Shown here piece after piece: positions 1-9,285 of a stretch of 64,000 bases of DNA; position 1 is the first letter of the stretch; every line of letters starts with the position of its first letter. A program made the translations under genes and the position numbers. Below the pieces are notes generated by a model, which saw only the letters and a list, made by a program, of their open reading frames with translations, made no database searches and had not been told where the DNA came from. The stretch covers positions 5,963,560-6,027,559 of the forward strand of contig OY969763.1 in NCBI GenBank assembly GCA_963702845.1. The letters run 5' to 3'. This stretch comes from an uncultured Verrucomicrobiae bacterium. Its GTDB lineage: Bacteria; Verrucomicrobiota; Verrucomicrobiia; Limisphaerales; Palsa-1400.

Positions 1-392
1 TCCGAGCTTTGGACGAAGGCAATTACGACGTTTTTTCCGCGCCGGTTTACATTCGCGGCTCCGTTCGCGCCTACGCCATCGCAGTGAAGTTAGATGTTCC
101 TCGAGTGTTGGAAACGTTGAGCGAGGAACTGGGGCGTTCGCCACGACACCAGGGTCCACCTGCACTAACGCGACGCAAACGCACCGTGCTGGACGTGATC
201 ATGTATCAATGTTCCAAGTTGCAATGGCGCGTTGTTCTTCCTGGCCTCGCGGTGATTGCGACGGTTCTGATCGGCTACTTCATCTACAAATCCTGGAGCG
301 AACAACGGACGAAAAACCCGCTCGCCGGAGTTAAGCCCGGAATTTATAAGCCGAACAAAAGTAACGGCGTAACTCTGCCGTTGCCGAAATAG
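1..392 (+). CDS. RodZ-like helix-turn-helix membrane protein (5'-partial)
   Basis: LDEGNYDVFSAPVYIRGSVRAYA resembles the end of the RodZ/HTH_25 domain, followed by one TM helix; runs off the window start. Confidence 0.65.
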   Translation, partial: RALDEGNYDVFSAPVYIRGSVRAYAIAVKLDVPRVLETLSEELGRSPRHQGPPALTRRKRTVLDVIMYQCSKLQWRVVLPGLAVIATVLIGYFIYKSWSEQRTKNPLAGVKPGIYKPNKSNGVTLPLPK

Positions 393-410
393 GCGGGCTT
401 TCGAAAAGTC

Positions 411-1214
411 TCAAGCACTCGCGCTCGTGTAGCGTCGAATCGAGAATTTCCAAAACAGCTCCGACGCGATAAAGCACACGCCCGTCATGACGACGAGCAG
501 GAGCATTTCAAACGACGAATCCAATCGTTGCGTTAACAGTTTCACCGGTACGTTTGCGACCAACAACATCGGCAACGCAAACATGAAAAACGCCTTGAAA
601 AAACCGCGGTCGAACGCCGCGTCCGGCAAACGTGAGATCTGGAACAGATTGTAGTAACCCCAAACGATTCCCTGCGCGCGCACTGTCCAGAACGCCACCG
701 TCGTGAGCAAAAACATGAGCGAGTAATGGATAAGGATACCGGCTACGCAGAGCAGGAAGAATCCAACCACCTGCATCGCCGTCGGTATTAAATGCATCTG
801 CTTTGCCGCATAACCCATCACCGCCAGCGCCGACGATGCATTCACGAACCCTCCCAAATCCACCTGCCGTAACGATATCAAAAATCGTGTGTTGATTGGC
901 AGCAACATCATGAAATCGAGACGGCCGGTTCGAATCAGTTCCGACAACTGGACGCAATTCGTCAGGAAAAAGGCCTGGAAAATCTGTTGAATGAAATGGC
1001 TGGCGCCGACGAGCATAACGACCTGCCATTTCGTCCACGTGCCGATGTGGTCGGTGTGCAAGTAAATCACGCCGATGAAGCAAAGTTGGAGACCGAACCA
1101 AAGCAGTTCTACGAAAATCCAGAGGATGAAGTTGCTCTTGAATCCCATTTCGCGAACAACGGAATTGCGCCAGAGCGCCGCGTAAATGTACAGGTAGCGT
1201 TTGAGTTTGGTCAT
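411..1214 (-). CDS. ABC-2 family transporter permease (DUF990-like)
   Basis: Six hydrophobic segments, IRTGRLDFMMLLPIN motif; paired with the adjacent permease. Confidence 0.85.
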   Translation of the reverse strand: MTKLKRYLYIYAALWRNSVVREMGFKSNFILWIFVELLWFGLQLCFIGVIYLHTDHIGTWTKWQVVMLVGASHFIQQIFQAFFLTNCVQLSELIRTGRLDFMMLLPINTRFLISLRQVDLGGFVNASSALAVMGYAAKQMHLIPTAMQVVGFFLLCVAGILIHYSLMFLLTTVAFWTVRAQGIVWGYYNLFQISRLPDAAFDRGFFKAFFMFALPMLLVANVPVKLLTQRLDSSFEMLLLVVMTGVCFIASELFWKFSIRRYTSASA

Positions 1215-1216
1215 CC

Positions 1217-2017
1217 TTAGCCTCCCACCGCCGAATATTTTCTAATCCCGCGATTCCAGGTAAACCGCGCCAATACGTAAAACACAACTACCCATCCAAT
1301 CTGGATCAGCAACCCATGCCAAAGCGCGTCGCCTTTCACGTTGCCGAGATAAACGCTCACCGGGAAAAAAAGCAGATATGGAAACGGCGTGTAATTCAAC
1401 ACCGCCGCCACAGCCGGCGGTAAAATATTCAAGGGAAACAAATGGCCCCCGGCGACGTATTCAAACGCGAACACAATGAAGATGAACGTCGACACTTCCA
1501 ACACCCAGAACGCCAGCAGCGCCATCGTGTAAGACATGCAGAATTGCAACACGCCCGTCAGCGCGACGGACAACACAAACAACCCGAATGTCGCCAGATT
1601 CGGCGGAGCGACGAAATATTGACGCATGCAATAGATGAAAATCCCGACTGGAATTAACGAGACTACGGTGAAAATCAGTTTCCCCGAAAAAAACAGGCAA
1701 ATCCGATACGCCATGTAGTCAATGGGCTTCAGCAGAAACTGGCTGATGGCGCCGTCCTTGATGTCCGTAGCAATTTGCCAATCGTCCTCCGTCACCGCCG
1801 TCAATGTGTCCACAATCGTGACCAGCAGATAATAAGAGATCATGCCCGCGAGCGAAAAACCCCCGATGTCGCCGGATTGCCCGCGAAAGACCGTGCGCCA
1901 TAGATAAATGGTCGCCAGCAACGGGACCAGGCTGAACGCCGCCCGAAAGAAAAAGTTAAAGCGATAAACCAGCGTGTTTTGCACGCCGGTCTTCATCACA
2001 TGCCAATACTTCTTCAT
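1217..2017 (-). CDS. ABC-2 family transporter permease (DUF990-like)
   Basis: IKDGAISQFLLKP and C-terminal YSAVGG typical of the family. Confidence 0.85.
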   Translation of the reverse strand: MKKYWHVMKTGVQNTLVYRFNFFFRAAFSLVPLLATIYLWRTVFRGQSGDIGGFSLAGMISYYLLVTIVDTLTAVTEDDWQIATDIKDGAISQFLLKPIDYMAYRICLFFSGKLIFTVVSLIPVGIFIYCMRQYFVAPPNLATFGLFVLSVALTGVLQFCMSYTMALLAFWVLEVSTFIFIVFAFEYVAGGHLFPLNILPPAVAAVLNYTPFPYLLFFPVSVYLGNVKGDALWHGLLIQIGWVVVFYVLARFTWNRGIRKYSAVGG

Positions 2018-2227
2018 TCGACGCCTGTAAACTAATGTGGCAGCGCGAAAAATAAAGTTTAGTGTGGGGTGGGTTCGACCAATTGCGAATTGGACTTACA
2101 GACGATGCGCGAGTAAGAATGGGTTGTTCCCTGCTGATAACGTCATTGATGCGCGTGAGCATTTTTGCGCGTTTTTGCGTTGACGTCAGGGGCGGTTTAC
2201 TCCCGATATTGCATCAGTATAAGAGAT

Positions 2228-3502
2228 ATGAATTCTACTGCGCAACGCGTGAGCAGCGCCACTAACAATATTGAAGAGCGTTTTCGGAAATATGTCATTC
2301 CGTCCTACGCGCGGTTTGATATCGCGCTGACGCACGGAGAAGGCGCTTACGTGTGGGATGTGGACGGGAAGCGGTATCTTGATTTAGGCGGCGGCATCGC
2401 TGTGACGGCGCTCGGCCATGGCAATGTGGAAATTGCGGATGCCATCGCCACCCAGGCTAAGAAGCTCGTTCACACTTCGAACCTCTACTTCCACGAAGGG
2501 CAGGGGAAGATTGCGGAACAGATCGTCAACCTTGTCGGTCCCGGGAAGATGTTCTTTTGCAACACCGGCGCGGAGGCGAACGAAGGACTTTTCAAACTCG
2601 CGCGCAAATTCGGCCATGACGAAGGCCGATTTGAAATCATCACTGCTGAAAATTCATTTCACGGGCGCACTCTCGCCGCCATTTCGGCCACGGGCCAGGA
2701 CAAGGTGAAGAAGGGTTTCGAGCCGATGGTGCAAGGTTTCAAGCACGTTCCCTATAACGATCTCGATGCCGTGCGCGCCGCGATTTCGCCTTCAACAATC
2801 GCCGTTCTTGTCGAAGGCGTGCAGGGTGAAGGCGGCGTTTTCCCAGCCTCGCCCGAGTATCTGATGGGGCTGCGCAAGTTGTGTAACGAAAAGAAAATGC
2901 TGTTGATGATGGACGCGGTGCAGTGCGGCAATTTCCGCACGGGCCGGTTTCAAAGCTTCCAACGCATTCTCGAAAACACGCCCGAGGCGAAAGATTTTCT
3001 GCCGGATGCAATTTCGATGGGTAAATCGCTTGCGGGTGGTTTGCCAATGGGCGCGTTCTGGGTGCGCCAGCCGTATGCCGACCTGCTCAGTGCCGGAATG
3101 CACGGCACCACACTCGGCGGTTCGCCGCTGGTCTGCGCCGCTGCGCTTAAGTCGATGGAAATTATCCAGCGCGACAAGCTCGCCGACAACGCGCGCGAAC
3201 TTGGGAATTATTTCAATACGGAGTTGCTCTGGATGCGCGATAAGTTTCCGCAAATCATCAAAGATGTGCGCGGCCTCGGTTTGATGATCGGGCTTGAACT
3301 CCAGGATACGATCCCCAGCTTCAGCGACAGCGATAAGACGGTCGCGGCTCAATTTGTCAATCGCTTGCACGACGCTGGCGTTCTCTCCGTGCCCGCGGGC
3401 AAGCAGGTCATTCGTTTATTGCCACCGCTCAACCTCAAGGCTTCGGAAGCCGCTGAGGCGATGAGCATGATTGAGTTGGTTGTGGCCAGGACAGCTTCAT
3501 GA
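2228..3502 (+). CDS. argD: Acetylornithine aminotransferase (class III PLP)
   Basis: GEGAYVWDVDGKRYLD, SFHGRT, EGVQGEGG, HGTTLGG motifs; overlaps argF; start taken at ATG 2228. Confidence 0.9.
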   Translation: MNSTAQRVSSATNNIEERFRKYVIPSYARFDIALTHGEGAYVWDVDGKRYLDLGGGIAVTALGHGNVEIADAIATQAKKLVHTSNLYFHEGQGKIAEQIVNLVGPGKMFFCNTGAEANEGLFKLARKFGHDEGRFEIITAENSFHGRTLAAISATGQDKVKKGFEPMVQGFKHVPYNDLDAVRAAISPSTIAVLVEGVQGEGGVFPASPEYLMGLRKLCNEKKMLLMMDAVQCGNFRTGRFQSFQRILENTPEAKDFLPDAISMGKSLAGGLPMGAFWVRQPYADLLSAGMHGTTLGGSPLVCAAALKSMEIIQRDKLADNARELGNYFNTELLWMRDKFPQIIKDVRGLGLMIGLELQDTIPSFSDSDKTVAAQFVNRLHDAGVLSVPAGKQVIRLLPPLNLKASEAAEAMSMIELVVARTAS

Positions 3503-4398
3503 AACATCTACTGAGTCTGGAAAAGCTTCCCCGCGCGGACATGGAATCCATCCTCGCCGCGAGCGTGAAGATGAAACGCGAACGCGGCGCTCACAAAGTC
3601 CAACCGCTGGCCGGTCAAACCTGGGCGCTCATTTTCACCAAATCATCGACGCGCACGCGCGTGTCATTCGAAGTCGGCATCCATGAACTTGGCGGCAACG
3701 TCATGTTCCTCTCGCCGGCCGACTCACAGCTTGGCCGTGGTGAACCGATTCAGGATACGGCACGGGTCATGGGCCGAATGATCCATGGCGCGGTCATTCG
3801 TACCTTCGCGCAGCGCGACATCGAAGTCTTTGCTGAGCATGCCAAAATTCCGACGATCAATGCCCTGACCGATGACGAGCATCCGTGCCAGATACTTGCC
3901 GACATTTTGACAATTCAAGAAAAGCTCGGGCCGATTCAGAACAAGGTCGTAACTTTTATTGGTGACGGCGCTTGCAACGTGCCGATCTCCTGGATGTTCG
4001 CTGCGGGTAAACTCGGTTTCGAACTGCGCATCGCCGCGCCGAAAGCATTCCAACCGTCCGCCGAATTGGTCAAACGTGCCGGCGGCAAAATTATTTGCAC
4101 CGAAGATTTGAACGCCGCCGCTAAAGCCGCCGACGTTCTCTACACAGACGTTTGGGTTTCGATGGGCAAAGAAGCCGAAGCAGCTGATCGCATCAAGGTG
4201 CTCGGCAGATACCAGATCAATGGCGAATTGTTGAAGCACGCCAAACCTGGCGCGATGGTCATGCATTGTCTGCCCGCGTATCGCGGCAAAGAAATCGATG
4301 ATTCGACCCTTGAAGCTCACGCCCAAACCATCTTTGACCAGGCGGAAAACCGACTGCACGTGCAGAAAGCAGTTCTTAACTGGGCAGTCAGCGCTTAG
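3499..4398 (+). CDS. argF: Ornithine carbamoyltransferase
   Basis: STRTR, HPCQ, DVWVSMG and HCLP motifs. Confidence 0.95.
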   Translation: MKHLLSLEKLPRADMESILAASVKMKRERGAHKVQPLAGQTWALIFTKSSTRTRVSFEVGIHELGGNVMFLSPADSQLGRGEPIQDTARVMGRMIHGAVIRTFAQRDIEVFAEHAKIPTINALTDDEHPCQILADILTIQEKLGPIQNKVVTFIGDGACNVPISWMFAAGKLGFELRIAAPKAFQPSAELVKRAGGKIICTEDLNAAAKAADVLYTDVWVSMGKEAEAADRIKVLGRYQINGELLKHAKPGAMVMHCLPAYRGKEIDDSTLEAHAQTIFDQAENRLHVQKAVLNWAVSA

Positions 4399-4459
4399 TG
4401 GCCTCACATTTCCGATGTGCGTTTTTCCCGCGCTCGTGCCAACATTGTAAGGTCGCGAC

Positions 4460-5626
4460 GTGAAAGCTCTACTCCGCACATCTGAACTTGCCGACATCCA
4501 CGACAAAGTGGCTGCCGGCCAACGCATCAATGAAGCCGATGCGCTGCGCCTGTTTGAGTCCAAAGATCTGAACGCGATCGGTGCGATGGCTGAAATCGTG
4601 CGCCAGCGGAAGAACGGCAACCGCGCCACCTACATCGTCAATTGTTACATCAACTATTCGAATTACTGCATCCTGAGTTGTCAGTTTTGCGCCTTCGCTC
4701 GTAAAAAACGCGATGCGGACGGTTTCCAATTCACGGTCGATGAAATCGTGCAGAAAGCGCGAAACGCGCTCAGCATCGGCATCACGGAGCTGCATATCGT
4801 CGGTGGGCTCCATCCATCACTGCCGTTCAGCTATTATACCGACATGTTGCGAGCTCTCAAAGCGCTTGATCCGCGGTTGCAGTTAAAATGTTTTACCGCG
4901 ATCGAAATCTTGCACCTCGCCTGGCTGGCAAAAAAATCTGTGCGCGAGACATTGACGGAATTGAAGAGTGCCGGTCTTGAGTCGCTCACCGGTGGCGGCG
5001 CGGAAATTTTTGCAAAGAACGTCCGGTCGCAAATCGCAAAAGGAAAAGAGTCCGCCGAAGAATATCTCGACGTCCACCGCACGTGGCACCATCTCGGCGG
5101 TCGCAGCACCTGCACGATGCTTTTTGGGCACATCGAATCCGTTGCCGATCGTGTGGATCATCTCCGCCAACTTCGCGCATTGCAGGATGAGACACATGGT
5201 TTTACCGGCTTTGTTCCCTTGGCCTACCAGCCCGGCAATAACGATGTTCCCGTTGAGAATCCGCCATCTGGTTTTGATTGCTTACGCACGATTGCGATCA
5301 GCCGAATCTATTTGGATAACTTCGACCATATCACCGCTTACTGGATAGGAATGGGAATGAAACTGGCACAGGTCGCGTTGAGTTACGGCGCAGATGATTT
5401 GCACGGCACGATTATCGAAGAACACATCTTCCACATGGCTGGGTCATCAACGCCTCAACTGCAAACCGAAGCGCAAATGATCAAAGCAATTCGCGAAGCC
5501 GGCCGCACACCGGTGCAACGCAACACGTTTTACGAGCCACTGAAGACAGTTGGCGATGGTGAGGCCGAAGAGGCCTCGTCCAATAGGGCATCAAAAATCT
5601 TGGAAGCAAACCTCGCCACCGGCTGA
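4460..5626 (+). CDS. mqnE: Aminofutalosine synthase (CofH/MqnC-family radical SAM)
   Basis: CILSCQFC radical SAM motif, GGLHP, GGGAEIF; adjacent to mqnA. Confidence 0.8.
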   Translation: MKALLRTSELADIHDKVAAGQRINEADALRLFESKDLNAIGAMAEIVRQRKNGNRATYIVNCYINYSNYCILSCQFCAFARKKRDADGFQFTVDEIVQKARNALSIGITELHIVGGLHPSLPFSYYTDMLRALKALDPRLQLKCFTAIEILHLAWLAKKSVRETLTELKSAGLESLTGGGAEIFAKNVRSQIAKGKESAEEYLDVHRTWHHLGGRSTCTMLFGHIESVADRVDHLRQLRALQDETHGFTGFVPLAYQPGNNDVPVENPPSGFDCLRTIAISRIYLDNFDHITAYWIGMGMKLAQVALSYGADDLHGTIIEEHIFHMAGSSTPQLQTEAQMIKAIREAGRTPVQRNTFYEPLKTVGDGEAEEASSNRASKILEANLATG

Positions 5627-5627
5627 C

Positions 5628-6509
5628 ATGAGCGATGAAATTCCAAAACTGCGCCTCGCTCCGGCTGAAAGCGCCGAAGACTTGAAGCGCCGTTACGAGC
5701 GCGAGACGCGTCTTGCTGAGCGTCAGCATGAGGACGAACTGTCCAGCGGCTTGAAAGGTTTTCGCGTCGGCTCCGTTCCTTACCTCAACGCCATCCCTCT
5801 GACTCGTGGAATTGAAGACGAAATCGTTTTCATTCCACCATCGCAACTCGCCGAAAAGCTGCGCTGTGATGAACTCGACGCCGCGCTGGTTAGTATCAGC
5901 GAAGTATTGATGCATGATAAATACGATATTCTCGACGGCGTGGCTGTGGCCTCGCTCGGTGAAGTCAAAAGCGTGTTTCTTGCCCATCGTCAGCCGCTCG
6001 AAGAAATCAAAGAAATTCACTGCGACACCGCCTCTCTGGCCGGTTTCAATTTGCTGAAAGTTTTATTAGCCGAACGCGGTCTGAAACCGACCTTGACGCC
6101 GCTCGCCAGCTACGCGGAAGCATCGACGAAAGAAAACGTCTTCCTTATTGGCGATCGCGCCATTGACTTCCTGTTCGGCAATTACGATCACCAGATTTTT
6201 GACTTGGGCGCCGCGTGGTATGAGTTGACGAAGCTCCCGTTCGTTTACGCCGTCTGGGCTCTGCGCCGCGGCGTAAAAAACGATGAACTCCGCCGCCAAT
6301 TGCATTCAGCAAAAGTGTTCGGCATGGAGACTCTGGACAACATCATCAACACGCGTCCCGAATACACCCTCGATTTCCGCAAGGACTATCTCGGCTGGCA
6401 CATTCATTACCATCTCGGGACCGATGAGCGTCGCGGCATCGCCAAATTCGTCGAACTCCTGCGCAAGCATGGTCTGGGACCGGTCCACGAGCCCAAGTTT
6501 GTTTCATGA
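5628..6509 (+). CDS. mqnA: Chorismate dehydratase (futalosine menaquinone pathway)
   Basis: VGSVPYLNAIPL, GEVKSV, LIGDRA, DLGAAWYELTKLPFVYAVW motifs. Confidence 0.88.
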   Translation: MSDEIPKLRLAPAESAEDLKRRYERETRLAERQHEDELSSGLKGFRVGSVPYLNAIPLTRGIEDEIVFIPPSQLAEKLRCDELDAALVSISEVLMHDKYDILDGVAVASLGEVKSVFLAHRQPLEEIKEIHCDTASLAGFNLLKVLLAERGLKPTLTPLASYAEASTKENVFLIGDRAIDFLFGNYDHQIFDLGAAWYELTKLPFVYAVWALRRGVKNDELRRQLHSAKVFGMETLDNIINTRPEYTLDFRKDYLGWHIHYHLGTDERRGIAKFVELLRKHGLGPVHEPKFVS

Positions 6510-7555
6510 CGAAACTCGCCATCATCGTTGCTTTTCTTGCTTCCATGACAACCGCCATGTGTCAACTAAACGAGCGCGCAATTGACGAATTATTCCGTGA
6601 TTTTTCCGGAGACCAGCCGGGCGCGAGCGTTATGGTGATTCGAGACGGCAAACCGATTTTTGCCAAGGCCTACGGGATGGCCAACGTCGAACAAAATGTT
6701 CGATGCACAACGAACTCCAATTTCCGTCTCGCATCTGTGACGAAGCAGTTCACCGCGATGGGCATCATGATTTTGGTCGAGCGCGGCAAGCTGTCGCTCG
6801 ACGATAAGATCACAAAATTCTTTCCCGGCTTTCCAAAATACGGCGACCAGATCACCGTTCGCCATTTGCTGACGCACACGTCCGGCGTCTTCGATTACGA
6901 TGACCACGTTCCACCGGGAACTACCGTTCAACTCAAAGACAAAGACGTCCTACAAACTGTCAGAGAGCACGATGGGGCCTATTTTCCGCCCGGAACCAAA
7001 TTCCGTTACAGCAATTCCGGTTACGCGCTGCTCGCGTTGATCATCGAAAAAGTTTCCAGTCAGAGTTACGCGCAGTTTCAAAAGGCGAATATCTTTGATC
7101 CAGTTGGCATGAAGAATACGGTGGCATTTGAGGAAGGTATTTCCACCGTTCAAAACCGCGCGTTCGGCTATGCCCGGGAGAATTCGACTCTTGTTCCAAA
7201 AGATCAAAGCCTGACCAGCGCTGTGCTGGGCGATGGCGGCATTTATTCGTCAGTGGTCGATCTCTTCAAATGGGATCAGGCGCTTTATACCGAGAAACTG
7301 ATCAGCTCAAAAATGCTCAAGGACGCTTACACCGTGCACTCAAAGGACTCAGACATGGCCGGCAGCGGTTACGGTTACGGTTGGTATGTGGCCGGCCCCG
7401 ATCACGTCTGGCACTACGGCAGCACTTGTGGTTTCAATACGATGATCAATCGCTTCCCGCAAAAGAAAACCACCATCATCATTTTGACGAATCGTAACGA
7501 CGCGAAGCTCGCGGAATTAACACCGAAACTTGTTGCTTTGGTGATGGCCCGGTAG
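6506..7555 (+). CDS. Serine hydrolase, beta-lactamase class C-like
   Basis: Signal peptide; SxxK (ASVTK), LLTHTSG, YSN, HYG motifs. Confidence 0.88.
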   Translation: MTKLAIIVAFLASMTTAMCQLNERAIDELFRDFSGDQPGASVMVIRDGKPIFAKAYGMANVEQNVRCTTNSNFRLASVTKQFTAMGIMILVERGKLSLDDKITKFFPGFPKYGDQITVRHLLTHTSGVFDYDDHVPPGTTVQLKDKDVLQTVREHDGAYFPPGTKFRYSNSGYALLALIIEKVSSQSYAQFQKANIFDPVGMKNTVAFEEGISTVQNRAFGYARENSTLVPKDQSLTSAVLGDGGIYSSVVDLFKWDQALYTEKLISSKMLKDAYTVHSKDSDMAGSGYGYGWYVAGPDHVWHYGSTCGFNTMINRFPQKKTTIIILTNRNDAKLAELTPKLVALVMAR

Positions 7556-7565
7556 GGCGAGGATT

Positions 7566-8397
7566 CTATTTCGGATCAAGCCTCATCAACTCAAACGTTG
7601 GCTCGCGATCCTTCCAAATCGTCACCAGCGTCCAGCCCTCCAATTTCGCATTGCGTGGGAAGCCGAAGGAAATCGCAGGCGCGCCGAGTAACAGTATGTC
7701 GTGATCATGGTTCACGAGTTCTTTGTGCAAATGGCCGCTGAGCACCGCTTTCACCCTGGCCGTCTCGCAAAGCTTTAGCAGGCGCAGGCGCTGTTCTGGT
7801 TCGACATTCCAATATCCGCCGCCTGCTTCGGTCGCGTTCGTCACGAAGAGCGGATAGTGCATGAACAAAATCTTCGGCGTGTCGTTGGTTTTCGCGAGCT
7901 CGAGTTCCAAAAACTTCCATTGATCGCGTTCGCGCGCAAAACCGCTGCCGAAAAGCGACGCGTCCACACCGATGACATGAATGCCGTGTTCGTCCCTGGC
8001 GAAGAATGACGGGCCCATCACACGTTCGTAATTTTTCACACTGTCGACGGTGACGGTTCCGTTTGTTTTGCCGGAATTTATTTTGTGTCCCACATCGTGA
8101 TTGCCGGGAACGTAATAGACCGGTGCGTTGAGTTTTTTCGCGCGATTACGACACTCGCGCAATTGCTCTGGCTTTCCGCCGTTCGAGAGGTCGCCGGTGA
8201 CGAGAACGAAATCAACTTTTGCCTTATTTACAGCCGCGATGGCCTTTTCGAAGTGCTGTTCGTAAACGCCGTCATGCTCATTTGTGCGTAACATCGTGTG
8301 CGTATCCGAAAGCAGCGATGCGCGCGACCGGAGTGTCCTTTGACAACACGCTGCACGCGACCGCCAGCACGAGCCAGAGCACGAGGAAACGTTTCAT
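7566..8397 (-). CDS. Calcineurin-like metallophosphoesterase (frameshift near 8315)
   Basis: GD, GNHD, GHLH motifs; the signal-peptide ATG at 8397 (MKRFLVLW) is out of frame with LSDTH. Confidence 0.75.
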
Positions 8398-8537
8398 GTC
8401 GCAAGGTTTAACATTCACGCGGGGGTTTGTCAGAGAAAATGGTAAGCCGGGCTCCTGACTTTTCCCCTCAACAAATAGGACGGACTACTTATTTGCACGA
8501 GGCAGGTCGGTCGTACCTTATTAACGAGGAGGCATTT

Positions 8538-9236
8538 ATGGCAGATGAAATCATTTATCCGGTGAATGGTAAACGCGTGTGGTGGGGCGCCATTTTTGCG
8601 GGCGGCATCGTCACTTTGCTGGTCAGCTTCATGTTGGGCTTGCTCGGAATTGCCATCGGTGCTGCAAATGTTGACTTCCGCAACGGGATTTCCACCAGCG
8701 GCGTTGGGCAAAGCGCGTTGATCTGGTGGCTTGTCATTACCTTTGTGGCCTACTTTTGCGGTGGTTGCGTCGCGGGCAGGTTGGCGAACGTATTCCGACG
8801 CGGTGACGCCATGCTGCACGGCATAGTCACTTGGGGCGTTGTTACGATCGCGGTCGTTGTCCTTGTTGGTTCGGCATTCGGTGGTGTTCTTTCGGGCATG
8901 ACGAACTTCCTTGCGGGCGGTCTGCAAGGGCAGGGGAGCCAACGATTCAGCGCGCACACTCAGATGAACGAACCCGCCGGTGGCAATGTAAACGTTGCTA
9001 ACGCGAATTCTTCGGCCGAAAATAAATCTGAAGCGACGCAGTCGACGTCATCGTCAGACCAGGACCGGCAACAACTGCGTGAAACCGCCGGGGCCGCCGC
9101 TCAAATGACCTCCGAAGCTGCCACTTGGACGCTGGTTGCGCTGGCCGTTGGCGGATTGGCTGCACTGTTCGGTGGCGCTTCTGGTTTGGGAAGAACGCGA
9201 CTGAAAACCACCACCACGACGACAGCGCGAGCGTAG
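8538..9236 (+). CDS. Hypothetical integral membrane protein (4 TM)
   Basis: Strong RBS GAGGAGG before ATG 8538; WGAIFAG and HGIVTWG segments. Confidence 0.7.
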   Translation: MADEIIYPVNGKRVWWGAIFAGGIVTLLVSFMLGLLGIAIGAANVDFRNGISTSGVGQSALIWWLVITFVAYFCGGCVAGRLANVFRRGDAMLHGIVTWGVVTIAVVVLVGSAFGGVLSGMTNFLAGGLQGQGSQRFSAHTQMNEPAGGNVNVANANSSAENKSEATQSTSSSDQDRQQLRETAGAAAQMTSEAATWTLVALAVGGLAALFGGASGLGRTRLKTTTTTTARA

Positions 9237-9285
9237 GCGCCGCAAAAGATGTTTCTAAAGTCGGAATTTTGTGCATCATTCTGGA

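Noticed and set aside
2205..2235. ARG box upstream of argD
   Set aside because: Only a partial match (TGCATcagtATAAG) to the ArgR palindrome
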